Below, piece after piece: positions 28,592 to 37,800 of a DNA stretch of 64,000 nt. Position 1 is the stretch's first letter; the number at the start of each line of letters is the position of its first letter. A program made the position numbers and the translations under genes. The stretch spans positions 608,660-672,659 of the forward strand of contig JAXHNJ010000002.1 of the NCBI GenBank assembly GCA_034520665.1, in the 5' to 3' direction. The notes under the pieces are model-generated. The model did not search any database. It saw only the letters and a program-made list of their open reading frames with translations, and was not told the DNA's origin. The stretch is from Patescibacteria group bacterium. GTDB lineage: Bacteria > Patescibacteriota > Patescibacteriia > JAXHNJ01.

Positions 28592-29224
28592 ATGACAATC
28601 TGGGATAAGATATACAAAAATTATCTAAAAGGCGGACCAGCCTGGAAATCATTATCGGAAAAGATAAGGCCTGAGTTTAAAAGCTTTGTTAAAGAAACTA
28701 AGTTTGCCTACAAAAAAGCTCTTGATATTGGTTGTGGCGACGGGCGTTACTTAAAATATCTTGAAGAAAGAGGCTTTACAGTGAGTGGACTTGACTCCAG
28801 TCAAACCTCGGTAAATATCTGTCGGAAAAAGTTAGGCAAAGAAGCCAAAGTAGAGAAAGCCGATATGTTTAAATATAATATTCCTGACAACCAATATGAT
28901 TTTATTTATTCTATAAACACCTTGCAGCATGGTTATAAAGAACAGTCTAGAGAGTTGATAAAAAAAATTTATCAAGCTTTAATAAAATCAGGAAGAATAT
29001 TTATTACCTTACCCGATGAAAGTGGAGCTGATAAATGGCAGACTTTTAAAAAAAGTAAAAAAATGGCTGAAGGCACTTTTATTCCTTTAATTGGTCCGGA
29101 AAAGGGGCTGCCTCACAGTTTTTTTAAAAAAAAAGAAATAATGAAATATTTTTCTGATTTTAATAATATCAATAGGGAAATAGACAAAAAAAGAAAAATC
29201 TGGCTAATTACTGGAAAAAAATAA
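28592..29224 (+). CDS. Class I SAM-dependent methyltransferase
   Basis: ALDIGCGDGR motif I. Confidence 0.9.
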   Translation: MTIWDKIYKNYLKGGPAWKSLSEKIRPEFKSFVKETKFAYKKALDIGCGDGRYLKYLEERGFTVSGLDSSQTSVNICRKKLGKEAKVEKADMFKYNIPDNQYDFIYSINTLQHGYKEQSRELIKKIYQALIKSGRIFITLPDESGADKWQTFKKSKKMAEGTFIPLIGPEKGLPHSFFKKKEIMKYFSDFNNINREIDKKRKIWLITGKK

Positions 29225-29243
29225 TTATTAATAAAATAAATAT

Positions 29244-29801
29244 ATGGATTTTTTTGAAACATTATTAAAAAGACATTCAGTTCGGGCTTATCAGACTAGA
29301 GAAGTAGAGGATGAAAAACTGGAAAAAATAATGGGGGCTGGTCTTCATTCAGCCAGTGCCCGCAATCGCCAGCCTTATCAGGTTTATGTGGTTAAAAACC
29401 AAAGCCTAAGAGAAAAAATTGTTCAGGCAAATTTTAAAGCTAATTTCTGGATGAAAGAAGCCCCAGTAATTATGGTAATTTGTATAAATGCTAGTAAATT
29501 ACCGAATCAGGGCACCTATGAACATAATTATCTGGACGCTGGTATTATGACTGGTAATATGATGCTAACCGCCACGGCCCAAGGCTTGGGCTCATGTGCT
29601 TGTGCGGCTTTTGATAAAGACGAGGTCAGGAAAATAATAGATATTCCAAAAGATTTAAAACCAATTTTATGTTTACCGATTGGTTATCCGAGAGAGGACA
29701 AAAAGGGCAAATTTGATTTATCAAAGTCTTATGAAAAGCTGGCTCATTTTTTAACTCATTATAAAAAAAGAAAAATAAATGATATTTTTAAAATTAAATA
29801 A
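29244..29801 (+). CDS. Nitroreductase family protein
   Basis: RHSVRAY, SARNRQP, ATAQGLGSC, LPIGYP. Confidence 0.92.
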   Translation: MDFFETLLKRHSVRAYQTREVEDEKLEKIMGAGLHSASARNRQPYQVYVVKNQSLREKIVQANFKANFWMKEAPVIMVICINASKLPNQGTYEHNYLDAGIMTGNMMLTATAQGLGSCACAAFDKDEVRKIIDIPKDLKPILCLPIGYPREDKKGKFDLSKSYEKLAHFLTHYKKRKINDIFKIK

Positions 29802-29807
29802 AATTAT

Positions 29808-30155
29808 ATGAAAAAATTATTATTATTAGGTTTAATAATTTTACCATTGATAATACTTAGTGGTTGTAGCGAAAAAGCAGAAACAAAGGTTTCCGGAGAT
29901 ATTATACTTTTTGTTTCTCGAACCTGTGGGCATTGCGCCAAAGTCAAGGAATATATTAAACAGAATAACATTAATAATTTGGTTAATTATAGGGAAGTAG
30001 AAGCTTATGACAGTGATGAAAACTATAGTCTTTTTAATCAAAAGGCTGATGAATGTGATTTATCTCAAAGGGGGGTGCCCATGGTTTATGCTGGTGGAGA
30101 GTGCCAGATCGGCTCACCTAATGTCATTAATTTTTTTGAAAATCAAGCCCAATAA
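29808..30155 (+). CDS. Glutaredoxin-like lipoprotein
   Basis: LSGC lipobox, CGHC, GVP. Confidence 0.8.
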   Translation: MKKLLLLGLIILPLIILSGCSEKAETKVSGDIILFVSRTCGHCAKVKEYIKQNNINNLVNYREVEAYDSDENYSLFNQKADECDLSQRGVPMVYAGGECQIGSPNVINFFENQAQ

Positions 30156-30162
30156 ATAAAAA

Positions 30163-31335
30163 ATGTCTAATCGTCTTGCCAGTTTTATAGAAAAATTTTA
30201 TCTCAAGGAAAAAATCAGGCCTTCACTTATGGCCTTATATTTAAACCGTATATTACAGGCCGCTTGTTTTGGTTTTTTTAGTATTTTTATTCCTATCTTT
30301 TTATACCAGAAGTTTAATAATTCTCTGGAGATTGTTTTAATTTATTTTATTTTGAGCTACGCCACTTATGCTTTAACTGTTGTTTTTGGGGCTAAAATTA
30401 TGTCCCGTCTGGGTCTTAGAAACTCCATGGTTATTAGTGTTATTTTTCTGATTGGATTTTTTAGTGCCTATTATTTTTTTCAAGCCTCTATAGGATATCT
30501 AATTTTTTTAGTTATTCTAAAAAATTTATTCCGTAACTTTTATTGGGTGCCTTTTCATACCGAGTTTGCCGAGTTTACTGACCGGCGCCACCGCGGCCGG
30601 GAAGTCGGTTTTTTTTACGCCCTTTGGTCAATATTAAAAGTTGGCGTACCGGTGACCGGCGGCTTTATTATCGCCCGCTATGGCTTTGATAATTTATTTA
30701 TTCTAGTCATTATTATAGCTGTTATGTCAATTATTCCTCTTTTTCTGACTCAAAAAGTAAAAGAAAAATTTTCCTGGAGTTATTTTAAAACTATTAAAAA
30801 ACTTTTTTCCAAAGGCTGCCGCCGCTGGGTTTTAGCCTTTTTTGCTGACGGAGTTCAGGATGTAATTGGTTTGGTTATTTGGCCGATTTATATTTTTATA
30901 CTTTTAGAGGAAAAATACACCAGTGTTGGTATTGTTACCAGTTTAATTGTTTTAAGTGTTCTAATTTTATATCTGGTTTTGGGCAATTTTTCGGATCGTT
31001 TTTCTAAACACAAACTTTTGCGCTACAGTAGCTTTTTTTACGCGGTTGGCTGGGTTTTTAAAGCTTTAGTTTATTCAGCCGGCCATATTTTTATTGCTGG
31101 CACTTACCATGATTTTTCTAAAGCGGTTATGCGCACTCCTTTTGACGCGCTACGATACGAAAAAGCGGCTGACCGCGGTCATTACGTTGATGAGTACACG
31201 GTTTTAAGAGAAATTGCTATTTGCAGCGGCCGAGCTTTAATGCTGGTTTTAATTTTAGTTTTAATTCAATTTACTGATTTAAGGATTGCTTTTTATGTGG
31301 CTGCTTTGGCTTCTTTATTTGTTAGTATTTTATAA
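30163..31335 (+). CDS. MFS transporter
   Basis: ~12 TM with MFS loop motifs. Confidence 0.85.
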   Translation: MSNRLASFIEKFYLKEKIRPSLMALYLNRILQAACFGFFSIFIPIFLYQKFNNSLEIVLIYFILSYATYALTVVFGAKIMSRLGLRNSMVISVIFLIGFFSAYYFFQASIGYLIFLVILKNLFRNFYWVPFHTEFAEFTDRRHRGREVGFFYALWSILKVGVPVTGGFIIARYGFDNLFILVIIIAVMSIIPLFLTQKVKEKFSWSYFKTIKKLFSKGCRRWVLAFFADGVQDVIGLVIWPIYIFILLEEKYTSVGIVTSLIVLSVLILYLVLGNFSDRFSKHKLLRYSSFFYAVGWVFKALVYSAGHIFIAGTYHDFSKAVMRTPFDALRYEKAADRGHYVDEYTVLREIAICSGRALMLVLILVLIQFTDLRIAFYVAALASLFVSIL

Positions 31336-31337
31336 TT

Positions 31338-31910
31338 ATGAAAATAGTAAAATCAGAAAGTATTAACTGGCAAAAAATAAATAATATTTTAAAAAATGAT
31401 GGCGTCATTGTTTATCCAACCGATACAGCTTATGGTCTGGCTGCTGATTTCTTTTCGGAAAAAGCTTTAAAAAAAGTTTATCGGATAAAACAAAGACCTC
31501 TTTCAAAAAAAATAGCTTTAATCGCTTCAAGTTTGGCGCCGGTTAAAAAATATTTTTGCTTAAACAAAAAAGAATTGTCTCTGGCTAAAAAGTATTGGCC
31601 TGGTCCCTTAACTTTAATATTAAAGTTAAAAAATAAAGAAAAAAAAGTAGGGGTGAGAGTGCCTGATTTTAAAATGGCTAGGGAATTGGCCAAAAATTTT
31701 GAAAAACCAATTACCGCTACCTCAGCCAATTTATCGGGCCAACCAAATCCTTATTCAGCTAGCCAGGTTGTCAGGCAGTTTAAAAATAAAAAAAATCAGC
31801 CTGACTTGATTATTGACGCTGGCCGTTTGAAGAAAATAAAACCCTCAACCGTGGCTGAGATAATAAATGATAAAATAAAAATTATCAGAAAAGGACCAAT
31901 AAATTTATGA
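31338..31910 (+). CDS. tsaC: L-threonylcarbamoyladenylate synthase (Sua5/YrdC)
   Basis: YPTDTAYGL, KQRP, WPGPLTLIL, TSANLSG. Confidence 0.93.
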   Translation: MKIVKSESINWQKINNILKNDGVIVYPTDTAYGLAADFFSEKALKKVYRIKQRPLSKKIALIASSLAPVKKYFCLNKKELSLAKKYWPGPLTLILKLKNKEKKVGVRVPDFKMARELAKNFEKPITATSANLSGQPNPYSASQVVRQFKNKKNQPDLIIDAGRLKKIKPSTVAEIINDKIKIIRKGPINL

Positions 31911-33073
31911 AAAAATGGCCCGGTATTAGCTATAATCTCACCCATTATTTTTCCCATAAATTAAATCGGCAACTAAGCGAACTTTATGCTTCAGTCGCCT
32001 TGAAAGATTTTGCCGTCGCCGCTATTGCTATTTTTGAACCGATTTATCTCTGGACTCTTGGTTTTTCTTTACAGAATATTGTTTTGTTTTATTTATTAGT
32101 TTACGGTCTTTATATATTTACTATGCCTCTGGGCGGTAAGTTTGCCTCTCAGGTGGGTTATGAAAAAACTATTTTTATCAGCAGTTTCTTTTTGATTTTT
32201 CTTTATCTTTGTCTATTTTTAATTCCCTATCATCCAGTCTTTATTATTTTAGCTGTGGCCATGTATGTTATGCGAAAAACGCTTTATTGGCCGGCTTTTC
32301 ACGGTGATTTTGCCCAGTCTTCGGATGAATCAGACCGTGGGCGGGAAACAGCCAGTATTGAAACTATTTCCATGTTTGTCTATGTTTTGGGCCCTTTGGC
32401 TGGCGGTTTTATTATTAAATTTTTTGGTTTTAATGTTCTCTTTTTTGTGGTTTCCATAATTATATTGTTGTCTAATATCCCTATGTTAATTACCAAGGAA
32501 AAAGTTAAAAAGTTTAAGTATAATTACTTAGCCAGTTTTAAAATGATAACCAAGAAAGAGAATCTAAGAAGTTTTATGGCTTACCTCGGTTTTGGTGAGG
32601 AGTTAGTAGTCATGGTTGTCTGGCCGATATTTATTTATATGGTGGTAAAAGATTTTTTTAATGTCGGTGGTTTGGTAGCCTTAGCTACTTTTGTGACTGG
32701 AGTTGTTTTGCTTTTTATTGGCCGCAGCACAGATAAAAGAAAAAATAAAAATAAGATAGTTAAAACCGGTGCTATCTTTTATTCCATTACCTGGTTGATG
32801 CGACTTTTAGCCTCAACCGGTTTGCACGTCTTTTTTATTGATTCTTTTTCACGGGTTTTTAAAAATGTTATTTATGTACCGGTTATGGCTTTGACTTATG
32901 ACCGGGCTTCAAAAAAGGAGATATTAAAATCGGTAATTTTCTTTGAACAGGGACTGGCCTTTGGTAAGTTTTTAGCTGCTCTGAGCATTTATATTTTATT
33001 ATTTTTCTTTAGTGGCCCGGCCGCGGCTTTTATTATCGCGGCTGGCATGACTTTTTTATATATTTTTATTTAA
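31907..33073 (+). CDS. MFS transporter (paralogue of 30163-31335)
   Basis: ~12 TM; shared YW..FH..FA...D...RGRE motif. Confidence 0.85.
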   Translation: MKKWPGISYNLTHYFSHKLNRQLSELYASVALKDFAVAAIAIFEPIYLWTLGFSLQNIVLFYLLVYGLYIFTMPLGGKFASQVGYEKTIFISSFFLIFLYLCLFLIPYHPVFIILAVAMYVMRKTLYWPAFHGDFAQSSDESDRGRETASIETISMFVYVLGPLAGGFIIKFFGFNVLFFVVSIIILLSNIPMLITKEKVKKFKYNYLASFKMITKKENLRSFMAYLGFGEELVVMVVWPIFIYMVVKDFFNVGGLVALATFVTGVVLLFIGRSTDKRKNKNKIVKTGAIFYSITWLMRLLASTGLHVFFIDSFSRVFKNVIYVPVMALTYDRASKKEILKSVIFFEQGLAFGKFLAALSIYILLFFFSGPAAAFIIAAGMTFLYIFI

Positions 33074-33082
33074 ATATAAATA

Positions 33083-33916
33083 ATGGAAAATATTTCTAAA
33101 AAAAAGGTAAAAAAAATATGCCAGGATATTGGTTTGCGACCGCGACGACAAAGCGGGCAGCACTTTTTATATAAAAAAGAAATAATTAATCAAATAATTG
33201 GGACCAGCCAGCCGCTGATTAATGAATCTATTTTAGAGATTGGCCCTGGTTTAGGCTTTTTAACTGAAGAAATTTTAAAAAAGTCAAAAAAATTACTAGC
33301 CGTTGAAATAGATAAGCGAATGGCTGAGTATTTAAAAAATAAATTTCAAGGTGAAAACAAATTAAAAATTATTAGAGAAAATATTTTTGATGTTAACTTA
33401 AAAAAATATTTTAATGACTTAAATTATAAACTAATTTCTAATTTACCTTATAATATTACTTCTTTAGTTTTAAGAAATTTTTTATCAGAAAAACCCCGCC
33501 CAAAAGAAATGATTTTAACTATTCAAAAAGAAGTAGCCCTGAGGATAATAGCTAAACCCCCGAATATGAGTATTCTTTCCGTGGTTTGTCAGTTTTATGC
33601 TCAACCAAAAATTATAAAAATAATAAATCCAGATAGTTTTTGGCCCCGGCCAAAAGTAGACTCGGCCGTTATAAAATTTTATAGTATCGGAGAAAATAAG
33701 CGTGAAGTCAATGAAGAGAATTTTCTAAAAGTAGTCAAAGGGGGCTTTTCAGCCAAAAGAAAAAAATTAACCAATAATTTAAAGCATGTTTTAGGTATTT
33801 TACCTAATAATAGCCAAAAAATACTAAAAGATTTAGGCATAAAAAAAGATATTAGAGCTCAAAATCTAACTCTTGAAGATTGGGTGGCTTTAAGTAAAAA
33901 ATTGTTTGACGTATAA
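33083..33916 (+). CDS. rsmA: 16S rRNA m6,2A1518/1519 dimethyltransferase
   Basis: GQHFL, LEIGPGLG, SNLPYNIT, PRPKVDSA. Confidence 0.96.
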   Translation: MENISKKKVKKICQDIGLRPRRQSGQHFLYKKEIINQIIGTSQPLINESILEIGPGLGFLTEEILKKSKKLLAVEIDKRMAEYLKNKFQGENKLKIIRENIFDVNLKKYFNDLNYKLISNLPYNITSLVLRNFLSEKPRPKEMILTIQKEVALRIIAKPPNMSILSVVCQFYAQPKIIKIINPDSFWPRPKVDSAVIKFYSIGENKREVNEENFLKVVKGGFSAKRKKLTNNLKHVLGILPNNSQKILKDLGIKKDIRAQNLTLEDWVALSKKLFDV

Positions 33917-33971
33917 TGATAAATGTGATATAATGAAATTAGTTAATTTATTGTTTTTCTTTTATAATAAA

Positions 33972-34847
33972 ATGGCTGATAATAATAGTGAAATTAATTT
34001 TCTAAAAAAAGGAAAAGAAAGAAATAAGGCAGATAAAAGTCAATCAGATGAATCTTCAAATGCCAAAAAACCATTTATTTTTATCGGAATAATAAGTCTT
34101 GTTGCTCTTTTTCTCGGTTTTTTTCAAATATATAAGAATATCTATTCTCCATTTCAAACTAAATTAAGTATAAACAGTACCTCCAGCTTAAGTGATCAAC
34201 AGCTTAATGAAATTGATTCGCTTAAAACCAAAGATACTGACTCAGACGGACTTTCTGATTATGATGAACTTTATTTTTATAATACTTCGCCTTATCTAAA
34301 AGATTCAGATAGTGATGGGTTTGAAGATAAAGAAGAAATAAATTCAGATAATGATCCCAATTGCCCGGCCGGAATTGATTGCAGTGGAATAAGTGGCCGA
34401 ACTAATACAAATACTTCAAATCAAAACGGAAATACCAATAATACTTTAATAACTGGACAAGCCAATACTGATTCATTAAGGCAGACTTTAAAAAACGCCG
34501 GTGTGCCGCAGTATATGCTGGAAAACATCAGTGATGAGGAATTGATGGAAGTTTATAAGCAAACCATAAATGAAACTAGCCAAACTAATGTTAATGCAAA
34601 TAGCAATTTAAATATAAATAATTCTAATTCTTCAACTTCAGTTTCATCTAACACTAATTTACCTTCTAATATAAACACATCAGAATTACCAGAAGAAGAA
34701 ATCACTAATTATCTAGAGAATTTATCAGCTGATGAAATAAGAAGCTTTTTAATAGAATATGGAATAAGTGAAGAAGAGCTTAGCGGAGTGGATGACGAAA
34801 CTTTAAAAGCAGTATTCCTCAAGGCTTTAGAAGAACAAGAGCTTTAA
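33972..34847 (+). CDS. Membrane-anchored protein with DxDxDG Ca-binding (TSP3-like) repeats
   Basis: TM helix; DTDSDGLSDYDE, DSDSDGFEDKEE; Asn/Thr-rich linkers. Confidence 0.8.
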   Translation: MADNNSEINFLKKGKERNKADKSQSDESSNAKKPFIFIGIISLVALFLGFFQIYKNIYSPFQTKLSINSTSSLSDQQLNEIDSLKTKDTDSDGLSDYDELYFYNTSPYLKDSDSDGFEDKEEINSDNDPNCPAGIDCSGISGRTNTNTSNQNGNTNNTLITGQANTDSLRQTLKNAGVPQYMLENISDEELMEVYKQTINETSQTNVNANSNLNINNSNSSTSVSSNTNLPSNINTSELPEEEITNYLENLSADEIRSFLIEYGISEEELSGVDDETLKAVFLKALEEQEL

Positions 34848-34859
34848 ATAAATTTTAGG

Positions 34860-37800
34860 ATGGGATTTAAACAAAATAATAATTTAAATAAGAAAATAAT
34901 CAACAGCTTTTTTTTACTGCTGTTTTTGTTTTCTTTTTTATTTATAGCTATAAAAGCCAATAAAGCTAAAGCACAATTTGGAGGACTAGTATTTGATCCA
35001 AGTGTTTATCAAGCTATAAGTACAGAGAGTGTTAGAGAAGCAGCGGATGATGTAAGAGAAGCAGCGGATGATACTAAAACAAGCATATGGGATAAAATTA
35101 AGGATAGATTGCAAGTAGCCGGTGATGTGGCTTATAAAAATGCTTTAAGAGTATACGTAGGCCGGTTAGCTCAAGACACAGCTACTTGGCTGGCTTCAGC
35201 CGGTACCGGCCAGAAGCCGCTTTTTATTACAGACCCTAATTACTGGAAAGATTTGACAGATGCGGCCGCTGGGGACGCCCTTTATACCTTAGGGGCTAAT
35301 GTTTTTGGTGTTAATATGTGTGAGCCAAATATCGGTGTTAAAATGAATATTACCTTCGGCTTGGGCCGAATTTTTAATCCCAATACCTGGTGTGAAGACA
35401 GTTGTGAGTGGGCCTATAACAGTAAAATTAGTAGTGTAGGAGAAAAATTTAATGAGGATAAAGTAGAATTTATTGATGACACTAAGGTGCCTAAAACAGG
35501 TATTTTAAACTATTACCAACAGTTTGCTTCAGATGCCAAGAGAGATGATAAAACTTCAACAAGATTTGATGAATTTAAAAAAATGTATGGTGATAATTTT
35601 CCTTGCCCGGTTAAATGTGTAGGAGAAGAAACCGTTGGTCCTCCGTCTCCGGGTATGCTTTGTATGGAGGCTGAGTATGAAGATAATCCGGATAATATGG
35701 AGAAACTCCCAACCACCTTGGAAAATTTAAGAGCTTGTATCTATACTTTACAAAATATATCAATTGAAGAAAGTCAGGAAGCCACTAGTGACCGGACTAA
35801 ATGTATGAGAAATTGTAATAATTATGAGCCGAGAAAAGCCCAGTGTAAGGCTAGTGATATTTGGACTAATGTAGAAACTATGGCTGATGAAACCGGTGGT
35901 AAATTAATTGGTGACACAGTTGATATATTTCTCAAACCAGAAGAAAATGATATTGGCCAATTACTGCTTACTTATGAACATATTAATGAAAAAACGCAGG
36001 CAGAATTATCAAGAGAAAAGACTCTTGCAGAAGGACAGATTAAGCCGGTAACGGCTACTGTTAGTAAAAGTATTTTATCTCCCCTGGAATTTGTTCACGC
36101 CCGCGGTAATCTTGCTTTAGATAAAGGGACTGAACCGGCGGTAGCCTATACTGGTTCCTGGTATGCTGACTCTATTACTATTTTTACTAATACTTTAATC
36201 AATAAATTAATAGAAAGAATTTTTGGCGGGTGCGGCTTAAATCAGGCGGCTTGTGAAAGTAGTCCGAGTGGCGGCTCAAAACTTAGTCAGCTTATGTTTG
36301 GCTCTGGCGGGCCAGTCGGTACAGCCGCGGCCAAACTGCGTTTCTCTTCTATTGCCAAAGTAGAATATAGCCGGGGCAGTCCCGGGCAAGACCCGATAAA
36401 TAGCGGGAATTTAACTTCAGAAGGCATTATTGATTCTGGTTTTGGAACAGCCATAAATGAGAAGATGACCGTTAAAAAGGCTCTTGAAGAAGGATTAATT
36501 GGCGGTATTTTTGGTTTTGATATTGAAGGACGCCAGCCCTCTATTGATTCTGGTATCTCTTACCGAACTATATTATATTTAAGAAAGTACCGGGTAGTGC
36601 CCGTGGGCTGGGAGTTGGCCGCTGAGTGGATAAGAGAAAATCCGCAGAGTATTTCTTTAAAACAAATAATGAACGAATATAATAATTGTGAACCAGGCGG
36701 AGAAAGTACCTGTAGCCATTCTGAAGAGACCTGTGTTAATAATAGCGATTGTTATGACGATTCCATTTATCCTACTTGTAATAACAGTGGAGACTGTACT
36801 GGAGTATGTAGTGGTACCTTTTGTATAAACGAACCATCGGTTTCATGTACCAGTGATACCGATTGTAACCAGGTCTGTGCTCATGAGACTAGCGATGATA
36901 CTTCTCATTGTTATTATTTTTGTAATGATGACAGTGATTGCGGCCCTAGTGAAATGTGTGTTGATAATTTTGGCGGTACTTCCGGTCATTGCGTCAGCGA
37001 AAACGAAGCTTATTGCCAATATCAGTCATCAGCTTCTCCCTTTTGCGGTTTAATTGATCCTAACTGGGTTTTAAAACTGTCGGCTACTTATTGTGAAAAA
37101 AGCGGAGCCGGAAATGAAATTATAAGCCGGGATTATATTTGTGCTGATGATACTAACAGTGACGGAGAAGCAAATTGTTATTCTGGCCGTGAAGGAGATT
37201 ACGCCGATGATATTGGCCAATGGCAGATTATGAGGGATTCTAATACTTGTATTGACGAAATTTCTTGTTTAAAAGAGGATGATCAGGGTAAATGTATTAA
37301 ATATGGTTATTGTTTTGAAGAAAGGCCAATCTGGGGTTTCAACGGAGAGGAATGCCCGCGCCAATATGCTTCCTGCCAAACCTTTGCTGTTCAATCAGGC
37401 GAGGAATATTCCTATTTAACCAATACTGTGGATACAAACGGTTGTGATTCCACTAATGCCGGCTGCCAATGGTATTGCCAGGATTATGATCAAGCAAACA
37501 GCACCTGGACTTGCCCCAGTACCGGCAATAAAATATATTTAGACCGAGATGTGGCCGAATGTGAAGAGTCTGATAAAGGCTGCCAGGAATTTATCCGCAT
37601 GTCTCAAGGAACAAACTTAGAAAATAGTTCAAGTTTTGAATATTATGAGGCTTGGCCAGCTGCGATTGTTCCTAATTCCGGAGAAATTGATGATGGAATA
37701 GAAGATGAAATTTATGGAGTATATTATAAAAACCCCAGTCTAAATTGTGGCGTTGAAGTAGAAGCAGTTAGCGAGGCTCATAGCGGTTCAGTCGCTATAA